Shown here piece by piece: positions 18,596-28,501 of a DNA stretch of 64,000 nucleotides. Position 1 is the stretch's first letter, and each line of letters opens with the position of its first letter. A model generated the notes under the pieces. The model had not been told where the DNA came from, did no database searches, and saw nothing but the letters and a program-made list of their open reading frames with translations. The translations under genes were made by a program, and so were the position numbers. This DNA is from Vicinamibacterales bacterium (lineage in GTDB: Bacteria; Acidobacteriota; Vicinamibacteria; Vicinamibacterales; CAVVIG01): the NCBI GenBank assembly GCA_046331345.1, contig JAXLRA010000009.1:69427-133426 (forward strand), in the 5' to 3' direction.

Positions 18596-19078
18596 CTAGG
18601 GGTGCTGCGCCGAGGCGAGGTAGGGCGCGATGAAGGCGAGCACGTGCGCTTCGAGCACGCCGACGCGGACGTCGATGCCGGCCCGCCGCATGATGTCGAT
18701 GCCGGCGCCGTTGTTTCGCGGGTCGGGGTCGAGGGTCCCGACATACACCTTCCGGATGCCGGACATCACCAGCGCACGCGCGCACGACGGAGTACGGCCG
18801 ACGAACGCGCAGGGCTCGAGGGTGACGAAGACCGCGAGTTCCCCGGGGTCGTCCACCTCGCCGAGATTGAGCAGGGCCGCGGCCTCGGCGTGGGGCATGC
18901 CCGGGGCGCCGGTGAACCCCCGCGCCACGATGGTCTGGCCGTGCACGATCACGCACCCGACGGGCGGGTTCGGGTGGCAGGCGGGGAGTGCCTGCTGGCT
19001 CTCGGCCAGCGCCTCGAACATGAAGCGCCGCTGCGACTCCTCGTCGTAGCTCAACGGGAGCATGGAACGATCGGCCAT
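18596..19078 (-). CDS. CMP/dCMP-type zinc deaminase (tRNA-adenosine/guanine deaminase-like)
   Basis: Start at Met 42 of the track ORF. HAE...PCxxC zinc-binding motif (GMPHAEAAAL, LEPCAFVGRTPSCA). Confidence 0.6.
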   Translation of the reverse strand: MADRSMLPLSYDEESQRRFMFEALAESQQALPACHPNPPVGCVIVHGQTIVARGFTGAPGMPHAEAAALLNLGEVDDPGELAVFVTLEPCAFVGRTPSCARALVMSGIRKVYVGTLDPDPRNNGAGIDIMRRAGIDVRVGVLEAHVLAFIAPYLASAQHP

Positions 19079-19190
19079 CGTGGCCGGATTGTACCGCGAG
19101 TAGGGAACCCCTGACCTCGCCGTGCGCCCAGCCGGCTGGTCGTTCGTGCTGGTCGAGGGCCGGTCGTGGGGGCCTGTCGAGGACGGTCGC

Positions 19191-19284
19191 GGGGTCTTCA
19201 CGCGACCAATCGTGCGGGCTTCACGCCAGCAATCGTGGGGTCTTCACGGCGAGCAATCGTGGGGGCTTCAGGCCAGCAATCGTG
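19191..19284. repeat. Four tandem copies of an approximately 23-bp direct repeat (GGGKCTTCACGCCAGCAATCGTG)
   Basis: Read directly from the sequence: ggggtcttcacgcgaccaatcgtgc / gggcttcacgccagcaatcgtg / gggtcttcacggcgagcaatcgtg / ggggcttcaggccagcaatcgtg. Confidence 0.7.
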
Positions 19285-19306
19285 GGGTCCACCTTCAGGT
19301 GGACCC
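19285..19306 (-). terminator. Hairpin gggtccacc ttca ggtggaccc downstream of the STP-rich gene
   Basis: Perfect 9-bp stem with a TTCA loop, 27 nt after the stop at 19333. Confidence 0.4.
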
Positions 19307-19332
19307 TCACGTTGCCCCTCACGCCGGCAGGC

Positions 19333-20109
19333 TTAGCGTGGCGTGCCTGAACTCGAGCCCGCTCCCGGAGTCGTCGCGGTGCTCGCCCCGGGTGACGTGC
19401 TCGTTCCGCTGCCGAGCGTCCCGGAGCCGGTTCCACGCGAACTGCCCGGCGTGGGCGTGCCGCTCGTCACCCCCGTCGCGGGCGGCGTCGTCGACGGCGT
19501 GACGTTCCCGCTCGGCGGGCAGGGCACGGCGGTTCCGCTGGTGCCGACGCTGCCAGGCGTCGAGCCGGTCGTTCCGGTTGTGTTGTGTGCGGTCGTGCCT
19601 GTCGTCGAACTCGGGCCCGACTGCTGCGCCGCGGCGGCAGCGGACGGCGACCCGCTCTGGGCCAGCGGGCCCGCTTCGGTCGCGCTGTTGGTCGTGCCGT
19701 TGCTCGACGTGGTGGTGCCGGTCGAGCTGTTCACGCGGCTATGCGGATCGTTCGCGGCAGCCGAGCCGCTCTGCGTCGAGCCCGCGACCGTGCCAGGCGT
19801 CGAGCCGCCCGAAGACGGCGTGCCCGGGCTTCCGGTGGTGTTGCTCGCGGTTCCCGTGGCCGCGCCTGTGACCGGCACGCAGGGTGTGGTCGACACGCTG
19901 CCGGGTTGCGTGGTGGTCGTCCCGCTCGTGCCTGTCGGGGTGCGGCCGCTGCTCTGTCCCGTGCCACCCGTGGTCGGTTGAGACGTGCTCGTCGAGCCCG
20001 GCTGCGTCGTGCCCGGCTGGGGTGTCTGGTTCTGCGCGGCGGCGGCACCTGCACACAGCGCGGCCGCCAGGGCGGCGCTGCTGGTCATCATCGCGAATCT
20101 GCGTGACAT
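19333..20109 (-). CDS. Secreted low-complexity Ser/Thr/Gly/Pro-rich (mucin-like) protein
   Basis: Signal peptide MSRRFAMMTSSAALAAALCAGAAAAQ and a GGAGGG SD, followed by about 230 aa of T/S/G/P repeats. The antisense ORF 19343..19981 is a mirror artefact. Confidence 0.5.
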   Translation of the reverse strand: MSRRFAMMTSSAALAAALCAGAAAAQNQTPQPGTTQPGSTSTSQPTTGGTGQSSGRTPTGTSGTTTTQPGSVSTTPCVPVTGAATGTASNTTGSPGTPSSGGSTPGTVAGSTQSGSAAANDPHSRVNSSTGTTTSSNGTTNSATEAGPLAQSGSPSAAAAAQQSGPSSTTGTTAHNTTGTTGSTPGSVGTSGTAVPCPPSGNVTPSTTPPATGVTSGTPTPGSSRGTGSGTLGSGTSTSPGASTATTPGAGSSSGTPR

Positions 20110-20184
20110 GCATCCCTCCAGTTGTCAGTCACGCTGGAGATTGCACGTGATGTGCCGGACTCACGCCTGAGCCCGAAGATCGGC

Positions 20185-20736
20185 TCAGACGACCTCGAGC
20201 GGACGGTGGGGTGTGGCGGGAAGTTCGACCTGGATGGCATCGCCCGGCACGACATCGCCCGAGCTGAGGACGATGCTCATCACGCCGCTCTTGCGGTGCA
20301 CGTGCCCCTGCCCGTCGCGTTCGAGCACAGCCGAGAGCAGTCCTTCGTGGAAGTTCTCGATCTGCACGCACGGGTTCCTGAGACCGGTCACCTCGACGAC
20401 AGCCGACGAGCCGATGCGCAGCCGCGTACCGGTGGGGAGCCCGACCAGGTCGATGCCGTTCGTGGTGATGTTCTCGCCGAGCATCCCCGGCTCGATCGGG
20501 AAGCCTTCTGCGCGCAGTTGAGCGAGCAGTTCGCCGGCAATGAGGTGCACCTGCCGCAGATTGGGTTGGCCGGGATTCTTTGCCACGCGGGATCGATGCT
20601 GCACCGTGACGCCGGCATGCGCGTCCCCCTGGACGCCGAGCCCTTGAACGAGATGAATCCGATCGGCCGTGGCCTTGCTGAAACGGTGGGCCGCATCGCG
20701 GGCAACCGCCAGGACAGTCGGGGGGACATGGGTCAT
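20185..20736 (-). CDS. MOSC domain-containing protein (YiiM-like)
   Basis: 183 aa from MTHVPP. MOSC beta-barrel blocks and a conserved Cys (LRNPCVQIE). The start overlaps the upstream stop (ATGA). Confidence 0.65.
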   Translation of the reverse strand: MTHVPPTVLAVARDAAHRFSKATADRIHLVQGLGVQGDAHAGVTVQHRSRVAKNPGQPNLRQVHLIAGELLAQLRAEGFPIEPGMLGENITTNGIDLVGLPTGTRLRIGSSAVVEVTGLRNPCVQIENFHEGLLSAVLERDGQGHVHRKSGVMSIVLSSGDVVPGDAIQVELPATPHRPLEVV

Positions 20737-21488
20737 GGCCGTGCTCCTGCCCACGCGCGTACGCGGGCTGCCAGTTCGGGTGTGCGCGCCAGGATGGTGA
20801 CCTGGTTCTGCGAGGCGATGGTGTAGGGCGCTCCATCGAGGTGTGTCACGACGCCGCCCGCCTCCTGGAGCACCAGCGCCGGCGCACCGTGGTCCCAGGG
20901 GAGGAGCCGGAAGTAGACGACCAGATCCTTCCGGCCCCGCAACACGTCGGTGTATTCCACCGCCGCCGCGCCGCACGCGGCAGCGCTCTCGAGGTGCGGC
21001 GATACGTGGGCGACGAAGACCTCGCGCGTGTCGTCAGGCATGAAGCGCACGAACAACGATGCGCGCGGTCTGGCGGCCGGCGCCGTGTCCGGCACGCGGA
21101 GCGCGGCACCGTTGAGCTGGGCGCCGCCACCCTGTTCGGCGACGAAGGTCTCGCACCGTGCAGGCAGGTGAACCCAGGCGGCGCGCACGGCCCGCCGTTC
21201 GACGAGCGAGACCATCACGCCGAACCCGTCGTTTCCAGCCGCGAAGTTCTTCGTCCCGTCGAGCGGGTCCACCACCCACCGCGCCCCCTCGTCGTCCAGG
21301 AGTCGGAGTCGTGAGGCGTCAGCGGCGGCGGCCTCTTCTCCGATGACCGGCACGTCGAGGAGCGTGCGCAGGCCCTGCGTCAGCGCCGCTTCCGCCTCTT
21401 CATCCGCGACGGTCACGATGTCCTCGATGTCGCCGTCCGTGGCCTTGGCGCTGATGTCCGCCTGGGCCAGCGACCTGAACCTCGGCAT
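20733..21488 (-). CDS. Inositol monophosphatase family protein
   Basis: 251 aa from MPRFRS. DPLDGT and WVVDPLDGTKNF metal-binding motifs of the IMPase fold. Confidence 0.7.
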   Translation of the reverse strand: MPRFRSLAQADISAKATDGDIEDIVTVADEEAEAALTQGLRTLLDVPVIGEEAAAADASRLRLLDDEGARWVVDPLDGTKNFAAGNDGFGVMVSLVERRAVRAAWVHLPARCETFVAEQGGGAQLNGAALRVPDTAPAARPRASLFVRFMPDDTREVFVAHVSPHLESAAACGAAAVEYTDVLRGRKDLVVYFRLLPWDHGAPALVLQEAGGVVTHLDGAPYTIASQNQVTILARTPELAARVRAWAGARP

Positions 21489-21572
21489 GATGCACTGATG
21501 ACTCACGTGCTGAATCAGCCGGGTGACGGCGTCCGTCTCGATTCGGAGTGGCACTGTGCCTATGCTACCTGC

Positions 21573-22412
21573 ATGCAGGCTGGCCAGGCGCGCCCGGCTG
21601 ACCCGGGCGGTGGTGCCCGCGAGCGTGGCGGCGACGACGACCGGCGTGTCGCGAGGGCCATCAATGGCGAGCGCGTCGTCCTGCTCGGATGGGCGTCCGC
21701 CATCCTGATGCAGCTCGCGCATCCCTTGATCGCGGCCGGTGTCCGCGATCACAGCACGTTCCGCGACGATGCGCTGGCTCCTGCGCGGCGGCTCCACGCC
21801 ACCGTCCGCGCGATGCTCGGCCTGACCTTCGGCGACGCGCGAGCGGTCGACGCCGTCCTCACCCGGATCCGCAACGTGCACGTGCAGGTCCACGGACGCC
21901 TGCGGGAGACCGTCGGTCCCTGGCCGGCCGGCACGCCGTACTCGGCCGAGGATACCGACCTGCTCCTCTGGGTCCACGCGACCATGCTGCACACCACGAT
22001 GCTGGTGTTCGAACGGACGGTGCGTCCGCTCACCGCCGCCGAGCGCGACGCGTACTGCCGCGAGAGCGCGCCGATCGCGATCGGCCTGGGAGCGGCGGAC
22101 GAGCGCGTGCCCCGGACGTACGACCGCCTGACGTCACTCGTCGCGCAGGAACTGGCGCTCGCCCTGGCGGTCGGCCCGGACGCGCGCGAACTCGCCACGG
22201 CCATCCTGCATGCCCAGACCATGCGCGCCCTGGGGCCGGGCGCAGCGATGCTGCGGCGCCTCACGGTGCACTGGCTGCCTCCCACGCTGCGGGACGGGTA
22301 TGGATTCGTCTGGAACCCGGCAGAGGAGCGTCGAGCGCTGAGAACGGAACGGTTCCTGCGGCGTGCCCGCCGGATCACGCCCGCCGTGCTCGCACGGTGG
22401 CAGCGCGGGTGA
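21573..22412 (+). CDS. MpaB-family oxygenase / DUF2236 protein
   Basis: The ER-bound oxygenase MpaB-like pattern is only weakly recognisable. Start chosen at Met 26 to leave a divergent promoter gap; the start is uncertain. Confidence 0.4.
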   Translation: MQAGQARPADPGGGARERGGDDDRRVARAINGERVVLLGWASAILMQLAHPLIAAGVRDHSTFRDDALAPARRLHATVRAMLGLTFGDARAVDAVLTRIRNVHVQVHGRLRETVGPWPAGTPYSAEDTDLLLWVHATMLHTTMLVFERTVRPLTAAERDAYCRESAPIAIGLGAADERVPRTYDRLTSLVAQELALALAVGPDARELATAILHAQTMRALGPGAAMLRRLTVHWLPPTLRDGYGFVWNPAEERRALRTERFLRRARRITPAVLARWQRG

Positions 22413-22460
22413 ACGCTCGACAGGCCCCGGGCCGAAGCCCGGAACCTGTCGCGTGCCCGA

Positions 22461-24851
22461 TCAGACCATCGGCGGATCGGTCTCCCGCTCGTAGAACCGG
22501 TGCCGGGCCATGGCCGTGATGAACGCGGGCGCCGTCGCGGCGGCGCTGCCGCTCCCGATCACGAAGACGCCGAGGTCGGCCGAGGCAGACGGCGGCACGC
22601 CGGCAGCCTGCAGGAGCGCCGTGCCGTCGCCGAGGACGAGAATCGGCTTGCAGTGCCGGTACTGATCCCGGACGAACTCCACCATCCGGCCATCGGGCGC
22701 CACGGCGGGCTGGCCGGCGGCCACGACCACGGCGTCCCACAGCACCGACGGCATCGCTTCGGCGGTCGTGTCGACCTCCAGTTCGCTCGACCCCGCCTGC
22801 ACGCGTCCGAGTACGGAGCCGACCCGCCGGGAGACGATCCCCGACGCCAGCAGCGCCTCCTCGACGGCACGCACCGCGTCGGCGTCGACGCCCGTGTCGA
22901 CCAGCACCGCCACCCGGCGTCCCGCAAGCGCGCCGTCACCCGGGCGTGCGGTCAGCGACAGCGCGGGCGACCGCGTCACCTCGCTCTGGACGGCGTCCGG
23001 CAGGACCATCGGCAGCGGCTCCGGGAGGTCGCGCAGGCCCAGCCCGCTCGCCACCTCGCGGCCGAGCGTCGGGTCCACGTTGAGCAGGCCGGCCACCATC
23101 CGGGTGCGGATCGACGGCGTCTGCACGCGCGACAGCTCGAAGCGGAACGCATTGACGATGTGGGCGCGCTCGATCGGGGTCTGGCTCTCCCAGAACAGCC
23201 GCGCCTGCGCGTAGTGTTCCGCGAAGCGCCGCGCCTTGCCCCTCACCTTGTCGGCGTCCTGCGTCATCGGCTCGCGATACAAGAAGAACCCGGCCTGCCC
23301 GGCCTGGAACGGACACCCGCCCGCGAGCGAATTGGGCTCGTACGACACCCGTCCGCGGTTGATGGTCTGGCGGTGCATGCCATCGCGCTGGTTGTTGTGC
23401 ACCTGCGCGACCGGCGTGTTGATCGGGATCTCGTGGAAGTTCGGGCCGCCCAGCCGCGAGATCTGCGTGTCCACGTACGAGTGGATGCGTCCCTGCAGCA
23501 GCGGGTCGTTCGTGAAGTCGATGCCCGGCACGACGTGCGCGGTGCAGAACGCCACCTGTTCGGTCTCGGCGAAGAAGTTGTCCGGATTGCGGTTCAGCAC
23601 CATCCGGCCGACGGGGCGCACCGGCACCAGTTCCTCGGGCACGAGCTTGGTGGCATCCAGCACGTCGAAGCTCCAGCGTTCAGCCTGCTCCTCGGTGAAG
23701 ATCTGCAGGCCGAGCTCGTACTCGGGGAACGCGCCCGCTTCGATGGCCTCCCACAGGTCGCGCCGGTGGAAGTCTGGATCCGCCCCCGAGATCTTCACCG
23801 CTTCGTCCCACACGAGGGAGTGCGTGCCTCCGGTCGGGTTCCAGTGGAACTTCACGAAGTGCGACTCGCCAGCGTCGTTGACGAGCCTGAACGTGTGGAC
23901 GCCGAACCCCTGCATCGTCCGGTAGCTGCGCGGGATGGCGCGGTCGGACATGGCCCACATGAGCATGTGGGTGATCTCGGGCATCAGCGAGGCGAAGTCC
24001 CAGAAGGTGTCGTGGGCGGTGGCCGCCTGCGGCATCGCGAAGTGCGGCTCCGGCTTGGCGGCGTGCACCAGGTCGGGGAACTTCATCGCGTCCTGGATGA
24101 AGAACACCGGGATGTTGTTGCCGACGAGGTCCCAGTTCCCCTCCTGCGTGTAGAACTTGGTCGCGAAGCCGCGGACGTCGCGGGCGGTATCGGTCGAGCC
24201 GCGCTCGCCGATCACGGTCGAGAAGCGGACGAACACCGGCGTCTGCAGTCCGGCTTCCGAGAAGAGGTGTGCGCGCGTGTACTTCGTGAGGGGCTCGTAG
24301 CACTCGAAGTACCCGTGCGCGCCCGAGCCGCGGGCGTGCACGATGCGCTCGGGAATCCGCTCGTGATCGAAGTGCGTGATCTTCTCGCGCAGGATGAAGT
24401 CCTCGAGGAGCGTTGGCCCGCGGAGCCCGGCCTTCAGCGAGTTCTGGTTGTCGGCGACCGGCACCCCCTGGTTGGTGGTGAGGCGCTGCCCGGTCGAGTC
24501 GGCGCGCACCCGGTCGAGCGTGTCGTTGGTGTGGTTCGTGCCGATGGGCGGCGTCCCGTCGCCCACCTTGTCCGACGCGACGGTTTCCTGGACCGTGCTT
24601 GCCGTCACCACGTCGTCGTCAGGCGAGTGCGGCCGCCCGGCGTCGGGAGCGAGTTCCGCCGGTTCGTACTCGGAGTCCTTCAGCGGATTGAACGGCATGT
24701 CAGCCGAGAGAGCGTCCGTGCCCGCCAGGCGGGCCGTGAGTGCGTCCGAACCTGACCGCGATGCGGACGGCTCAGTGGGGCCCGAGACCGTGGCTCTGCT
24801 ATTCGGATCGGAAACCTTGCGTGTGCCTGCTGCGCGCTTTGCTTTTGCCAT
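22461..24851 (-). CDS. katE: Large-subunit (HPII-type) catalase with a C-terminal DJ-1/PfpI-like domain
   Basis: 796 aa from MAKAKRAAG. Catalase core motifs [20 protein letters not shown] and RLFSYxDT-like, plus the C-terminal flavodoxin-like domain typical of HPII. Confidence 0.85.
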   Translation of the reverse strand: MAKAKRAAGTRKVSDPNSRATVSGPTEPSASRSGSDALTARLAGTDALSADMPFNPLKDSEYEPAELAPDAGRPHSPDDDVVTASTVQETVASDKVGDGTPPIGTNHTNDTLDRVRADSTGQRLTTNQGVPVADNQNSLKAGLRGPTLLEDFILREKITHFDHERIPERIVHARGSGAHGYFECYEPLTKYTRAHLFSEAGLQTPVFVRFSTVIGERGSTDTARDVRGFATKFYTQEGNWDLVGNNIPVFFIQDAMKFPDLVHAAKPEPHFAMPQAATAHDTFWDFASLMPEITHMLMWAMSDRAIPRSYRTMQGFGVHTFRLVNDAGESHFVKFHWNPTGGTHSLVWDEAVKISGADPDFHRRDLWEAIEAGAFPEYELGLQIFTEEQAERWSFDVLDATKLVPEELVPVRPVGRMVLNRNPDNFFAETEQVAFCTAHVVPGIDFTNDPLLQGRIHSYVDTQISRLGGPNFHEIPINTPVAQVHNNQRDGMHRQTINRGRVSYEPNSLAGGCPFQAGQAGFFLYREPMTQDADKVRGKARRFAEHYAQARLFWESQTPIERAHIVNAFRFELSRVQTPSIRTRMVAGLLNVDPTLGREVASGLGLRDLPEPLPMVLPDAVQSEVTRSPALSLTARPGDGALAGRRVAVLVDTGVDADAVRAVEEALLASGIVSRRVGSVLGRVQAGSSELEVDTTAEAMPSVLWDAVVVAAGQPAVAPDGRMVEFVRDQYRHCKPILVLGDGTALLQAAGVPPSASADLGVFVIGSGSAAATAPAFITAMARHRFYERETDPPMV

Positions 24852-24954
24852 GAGCCGCCGGCGGTGCAAGATTCGCCCCGCGGCCGGCCGGCTCGACGGG
24901 ATAATTGTCCGATGTCTCCGGCACGAGCAGACCTCGAGCGAGTGGCGCCTTCGC

Positions 24955-26010
24955 ATGGCGCGGCAGCGGCTGGGCGGGAGGGCGCACGCCTCTCCAGCCG
25001 AGGCCGTGCGATGGAGCGGCGCGGTGCAGTCGCAGGAGTACCAGCTGGCCTGCTGGTCACTCGGACAGCGCACCACAGGGGCGACCCTCGCATCCGTCGA
25101 CGCGGCAGTGGCGGAGGGCAGTGTCCTGCGCACGCACGTGCTGCGGCCCACCTGGCACTTCGTTGCGGCTGACGACCTGCGATGGATGCTCGCGCTGAGC
25201 GGGCCGCTCGTGAAGCGGAAGCTGGTGCCGTTCGATTCACGCGGCGGCCTGACGCCGGCGGTGGTGGCGCGCGGCGTTGCGGCGATCGCGGCCCTGATGA
25301 AGAGCGGCGCGCACTACACGCGGGCACAGATCACGGCCGGACTGCGGACGCACGGGATGGGTGAGGTGTCGGGCTGGACGGTCGGTCACCTGCTCATGCA
25401 CGCGGAACTCGACGGCATCGTGTGCAGTGGGGTGCCCGCAGGAGTCCACCAGACCTACACCGCCTGCGACAGGCGGTGCCCACCCACGCGCCTCACCCGC
25501 GCGGAGGCGCTCGCCGAACTCGGCCGGCGATACTTCCGCAGCCACGCGCCCGCGACCCTGCGCGACTTCCGCTGGTGGAGCGGGCTCTCCGCGTCGGACG
25601 CCCGCGCCGCCGTGGACGCCTGTCCCGAACTTCGGCCCGTGCGGGTGGGCGACCTCGACCTGCTCGACTGGACGTCAGACGAGGAGCCGGATGAGGCGGA
25701 GCCTCGCGCGCACCTCCTGCAACCCTTCGACGAGCTTGTCGTGGCGTATACCGACTCGCGCCATGTCGTCGATGCGAAGCGCCTGCTCCGCGAGCCAAAG
25801 GCTGACGGGCTGCTCAGCCGCATCGTGCTGCTCGACGGGCAGGTGGCCGGCCGCTGGCGGCGCGAGATCGGACGGGCCGGTGTGGCCATGCAGATCGACC
25901 TGGCCGTTCCTGTCCGCCGGCCCATCATCGAGGCGCTCGCAGATGCCGCTGGCCGGTACGCCGCGTTCATGACCCGCCCGCTCGCGTCCTTCGACGTGTC
26001 GCGCCTCTGA
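24955..26010 (+). CDS. Winged-helix DNA-binding domain protein (YcaQ/DUF1006-like, AlkZ-type glycosylase family)
   Basis: 351 aa. The N-terminus MARQRLGG...LACWSLGQR resembles the YcaQ-family start. Start picked at Met 24955 because the track ORF upstream overlaps the katE start. Confidence 0.45.
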   Translation: MARQRLGGRAHASPAEAVRWSGAVQSQEYQLACWSLGQRTTGATLASVDAAVAEGSVLRTHVLRPTWHFVAADDLRWMLALSGPLVKRKLVPFDSRGGLTPAVVARGVAAIAALMKSGAHYTRAQITAGLRTHGMGEVSGWTVGHLLMHAELDGIVCSGVPAGVHQTYTACDRRCPPTRLTRAEALAELGRRYFRSHAPATLRDFRWWSGLSASDARAAVDACPELRPVRVGDLDLLDWTSDEEPDEAEPRAHLLQPFDELVVAYTDSRHVVDAKRLLREPKADGLLSRIVLLDGQVAGRWRREIGRAGVAMQIDLAVPVRRPIIEALADAAGRYAAFMTRPLASFDVSRL

Positions 26011-26029
26011 GCTGTCGTACCATTTCTGC

Positions 26030-26845
26030 GTGGCTCGGATGCGTGCGCGTGTGTTGAAGGCGGTCGTCCTCGGGTGTGCCCTGCTGTGTGCGGCTGGTGC
26101 CAGCGCACAGGAGAAGCCGGTGCCTGTCGAGCCGGTGCTGAACCAGAAGGGCAAGGACGTCCAGTGGGTGCCGTCGCAGGCGGCCCTCATCGAGAAGATG
26201 CTCGACATGGCGCAGGTGACACCGAAGGACCGCTTCGTCGATCTCGGCTCCGGCGACGGGGTGACCGTCATCGCGGCCGCAAGACGCGGCGTGCGCGCAA
26301 CGGGCATCGAGTACGACGGCAACCTCGTCGAGGTGTCGAAGCGGAACGCGAAGGCGGCCGGCGTCGAGAAGCTGACCAGGTTCGTCCGCGGCGACATCTT
26401 CAAGAAGGACTTCTCGGACGCGACGGTGGTGTTCACGTTCCTCCTGCCGTCGCTCAACCTGCAGCTGCGGCCGACGCTGCTGAAGATGCCTCCCGGCACC
26501 CGCGTCGTGTCGAACACGTTCCCGATGGGCGAGTGGGAGCCTGACGACACGGTCAGCATCGACGGCCCGTGTGAGCGCTGGTGCAAGGCCCTGTTCTGGG
26601 TCGTGCCGGCACCAGCCGGCGGTTCGTGGCGGTCCACGCGCGGCGAACTCGTGCTGACCCAGCGCTTCCAGTTCGTGACCGGAACGCTCGGCAAGGATCC
26701 GATCGAGAACGGCCGGCTTCGCGGCAAGGCGATCGCGTTCAAGGCCGGCGGCGCCAGCTACACAGGTACCGTCGATGGCGCCCGCATCAGCGGCACGTTC
26801 GAGGAGGACGGCCGCACCGGCAACTGGAGCGCGTTCCATCGCTGA
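26030..26845 (+). CDS. Class I SAM-dependent methyltransferase with an N-terminal signal peptide
   Basis: Signal peptide MRARVLKAVVLGCALLCAAGASA and SAM motif I VDLGSGDGVTVIAAARRG. Confidence 0.6.
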   Translation: MARMRARVLKAVVLGCALLCAAGASAQEKPVPVEPVLNQKGKDVQWVPSQAALIEKMLDMAQVTPKDRFVDLGSGDGVTVIAAARRGVRATGIEYDGNLVEVSKRNAKAAGVEKLTRFVRGDIFKKDFSDATVVFTFLLPSLNLQLRPTLLKMPPGTRVVSNTFPMGEWEPDDTVSIDGPCERWCKALFWVVPAPAGGSWRSTRGELVLTQRFQFVTGTLGKDPIENGRLRGKAIAFKAGGASYTGTVDGARISGTFEEDGRTGNWSAFHR

Positions 26846-26907
26846 AGAGAGGGCGGGCAGGACGGGCCGGACTGGGCGGCGGTCGCACGTCGCCGGGTCC
26901 GCCGACG

Positions 26908-28275
26908 TCACGCGATGGGTGGCGGCACTCCGTCGCCACGGACCCCGAGCAATCCTTCGAGCACCCTCACCTGCGCCATCGTGTTCGGCAGCGGCGCCGC
27001 GTCGGGATGGAAAACCCGGACGACGCGCGGGTGGCTGGCGGTGCGGGGCGTCAGATCGAGCCAGCGGAATCGCGACGATGTCAGGCGATGCGTGGCGCCG
27101 ACGTGCGGTCGTGAGAAGCGCCGCGTGAGTTCCTGCACGGCTTCGACCGGTTGCGCAGCCCAGAACGTTTCGAACAGGCTGCGATGGACGGCTCCCGGTA
27201 CGCCAGTCTTCGTCCGCGCCGCCAGGCCTGCGAAGACGCGTGGGCCCAGTTCACGATGCGCGAGAACATGCCCCAGATGCGAGCCGGCGGCTTCGAAGAA
27301 CGCCTTGCTGGCCGCGTCTTCAAGGGACGGTCGTGCCGCCGAACCGAGGCCAAGGTGCGGGGCACGCACACCGCTCAAGACACAGGTCACCGTCCAGGTG
27401 CGCTCACCTCCAAGCGCGAACCAATGGGTGTCCAGCCCCACCGCAGCCGCCTTCGCGCGGAGCGTGCGGAGTGCCGTGCGCGCCAGTTCATCCGGCGTGA
27501 GCGGGCGTGACGCGAGCACGCCGTACCAAGCGCGCAGGAGCGCGTCTCGTTCGATCAATTCGAGGCGTGCGGCCGCCGTCGCTCGACCGAGCGTCGGCCC
27601 CGAGGCGACGCCGTTGCTGTTCGAGGCGGGCGACGCGTCCGGATAGATCCACTGCCCGGGGAACAGACCTCGTCCCTCGCCTGTCGTGCACGATCGAGAC
27701 ACGCGATCCACGGCTGCGGGAAAGCGGGCAGAGGAGAGTGGCGCCGTATCGCGCAGGAAGTCGAACAGCACCCCGTGTGCTGCCGACACTGACCGCAGTC
27801 CACGGAGATCTGGCTCCGGCCGGGCCAGGTCAGGGCGCAGGAGCGCGTGCCGTTCAAAAGCTTCGCCCCTCGCCGCGGCCGTTGCCCGACGGGCCGATGT
27901 GGACACGCCGAAACCAGCGGGCTTGGCGTCGATGAACCCCTGACGGTAGGCCAGTGTCACCACTCCGTGTGGCACGTGGTGGTACACCGGCCTTTCACTC
28001 AGGCTCGGCGTATCGCCGCCCGTGACGTGGAGGAGTCTGTGTGCGCGCAGGCGCGACAACAACTGGCCGGCGAGGCGCCGGCTGCCAGCGGCTTCAGCCA
28101 TCTGCTCGCGGGTGAACGCCGGCCCGAGCCGGAGCAGGCGCGCCGCGACCGACGACGGCACCTCCGCGGCGAACCGCGCGGACCCGCTCTCCGCCCACAC
28201 GACCTCGGCCCACCCGGCGCCGAGCGACCTGAGCGAGAGCGAGGTGCCGGATCCGAAGCGATACGAGGCTGGCAT
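26908..28275 (-). CDS. YcaO-family protein (ATP-dependent amide-activating/cyclodehydratase-type)
   Basis: Two YcaO ATP-binding signatures are present. The first is GVSTSARRATAAARGEAFERHALL, which aligns with E. coli GKGATKKAALASALGEYFERL. The second is SNGVASGPTLGRATAAARLELIERDALL, which aligns with E. coli SNGMSAGNTRNEARVQGLSEVFERY. The ATG at 28275 has GGAG only 1 nt away, so the start is uncertain (alternative Met at 28101). Confidence 0.7.
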   Translation of the reverse strand: MPASYRFGSGTSLSLRSLGAGWAEVVWAESGSARFAAEVPSSVAARLLRLGPAFTREQMAEAAGSRRLAGQLLSRLRAHRLLHVTGGDTPSLSERPVYHHVPHGVVTLAYRQGFIDAKPAGFGVSTSARRATAAARGEAFERHALLRPDLARPEPDLRGLRSVSAAHGVLFDFLRDTAPLSSARFPAAVDRVSRSCTTGEGRGLFPGQWIYPDASPASNSNGVASGPTLGRATAAARLELIERDALLRAWYGVLASRPLTPDELARTALRTLRAKAAAVGLDTHWFALGGERTWTVTCVLSGVRAPHLGLGSAARPSLEDAASKAFFEAAGSHLGHVLAHRELGPRVFAGLAARTKTGVPGAVHRSLFETFWAAQPVEAVQELTRRFSRPHVGATHRLTSSRFRWLDLTPRTASHPRVVRVFHPDAAPLPNTMAQVRVLEGLLGVRGDGVPPPIA

Positions 28276-28354
28276 GCTCCAGCCCGGATTCTAGCTGCGC
28301 TGGTGGTACCATTCCCCCTGAGTCGCATCGGTGCGACTATCCCGGAGGAGACAC

Positions 28355-28501
28355 ATGGCAAAGACGCAGGCCCGTACGGCCGCCAAGTCGGCCGGCAAGA
28401 CCAAGGTGGCAGTGCGCAAGGTCGCGATCAAGGACCTCGACGCGAAGAAGCGCGACGACGTCAAGGGCGGCTCGTACTCGGTCATCCAGCGCTGCCGTTA
28501 G
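28355..28501 (+). CDS. Unannotated 48-aa ORF: MAKTQARTAAKSAGKTKVAVRKVAIKDLDAKKRDDVKGGSYSVIQRCR (candidate leader-GG-core peptide or small basic protein)
   Basis: GGAGGAG SD 5 nt upstream of the ATG. GC3 is about 90%, as in genuine genes here. It is divergent from ycaO with an 80-nt gap. A GC hairpin cgggaga-N7-tctcccg lies 25 nt downstream. It is absent from the six-frame track, which looks limited to ORFs of at least 60 aa. Confidence 0.4.
   Translation: MAKTQARTAAKSAGKTKVAVRKVAIKDLDAKKRDDVKGGSYSVIQRCR

Noticed and set aside
22500-24755. 751-aa plus-strand ORF antisense to katE
   Set aside because: The catalase motifs are unambiguous on the minus strand. This is the antisense translation.
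24376-24954. N-terminal 193 aa of the 544-aa track ORF, including an ATG at 24850 that overlaps the katE ATG head-to-head
   Set aside because: It would require two genes whose start codons overlap on opposite strands. The downstream Met at 24955 gives a sensible YcaQ-like N-terminus.
25455-26911. Minus-strand ORFs 25455..26108, 25675..26742 and 25967..26911
   Set aside because: They are antisense to the YcaQ-like and methyltransferase genes. No signal or motifs.
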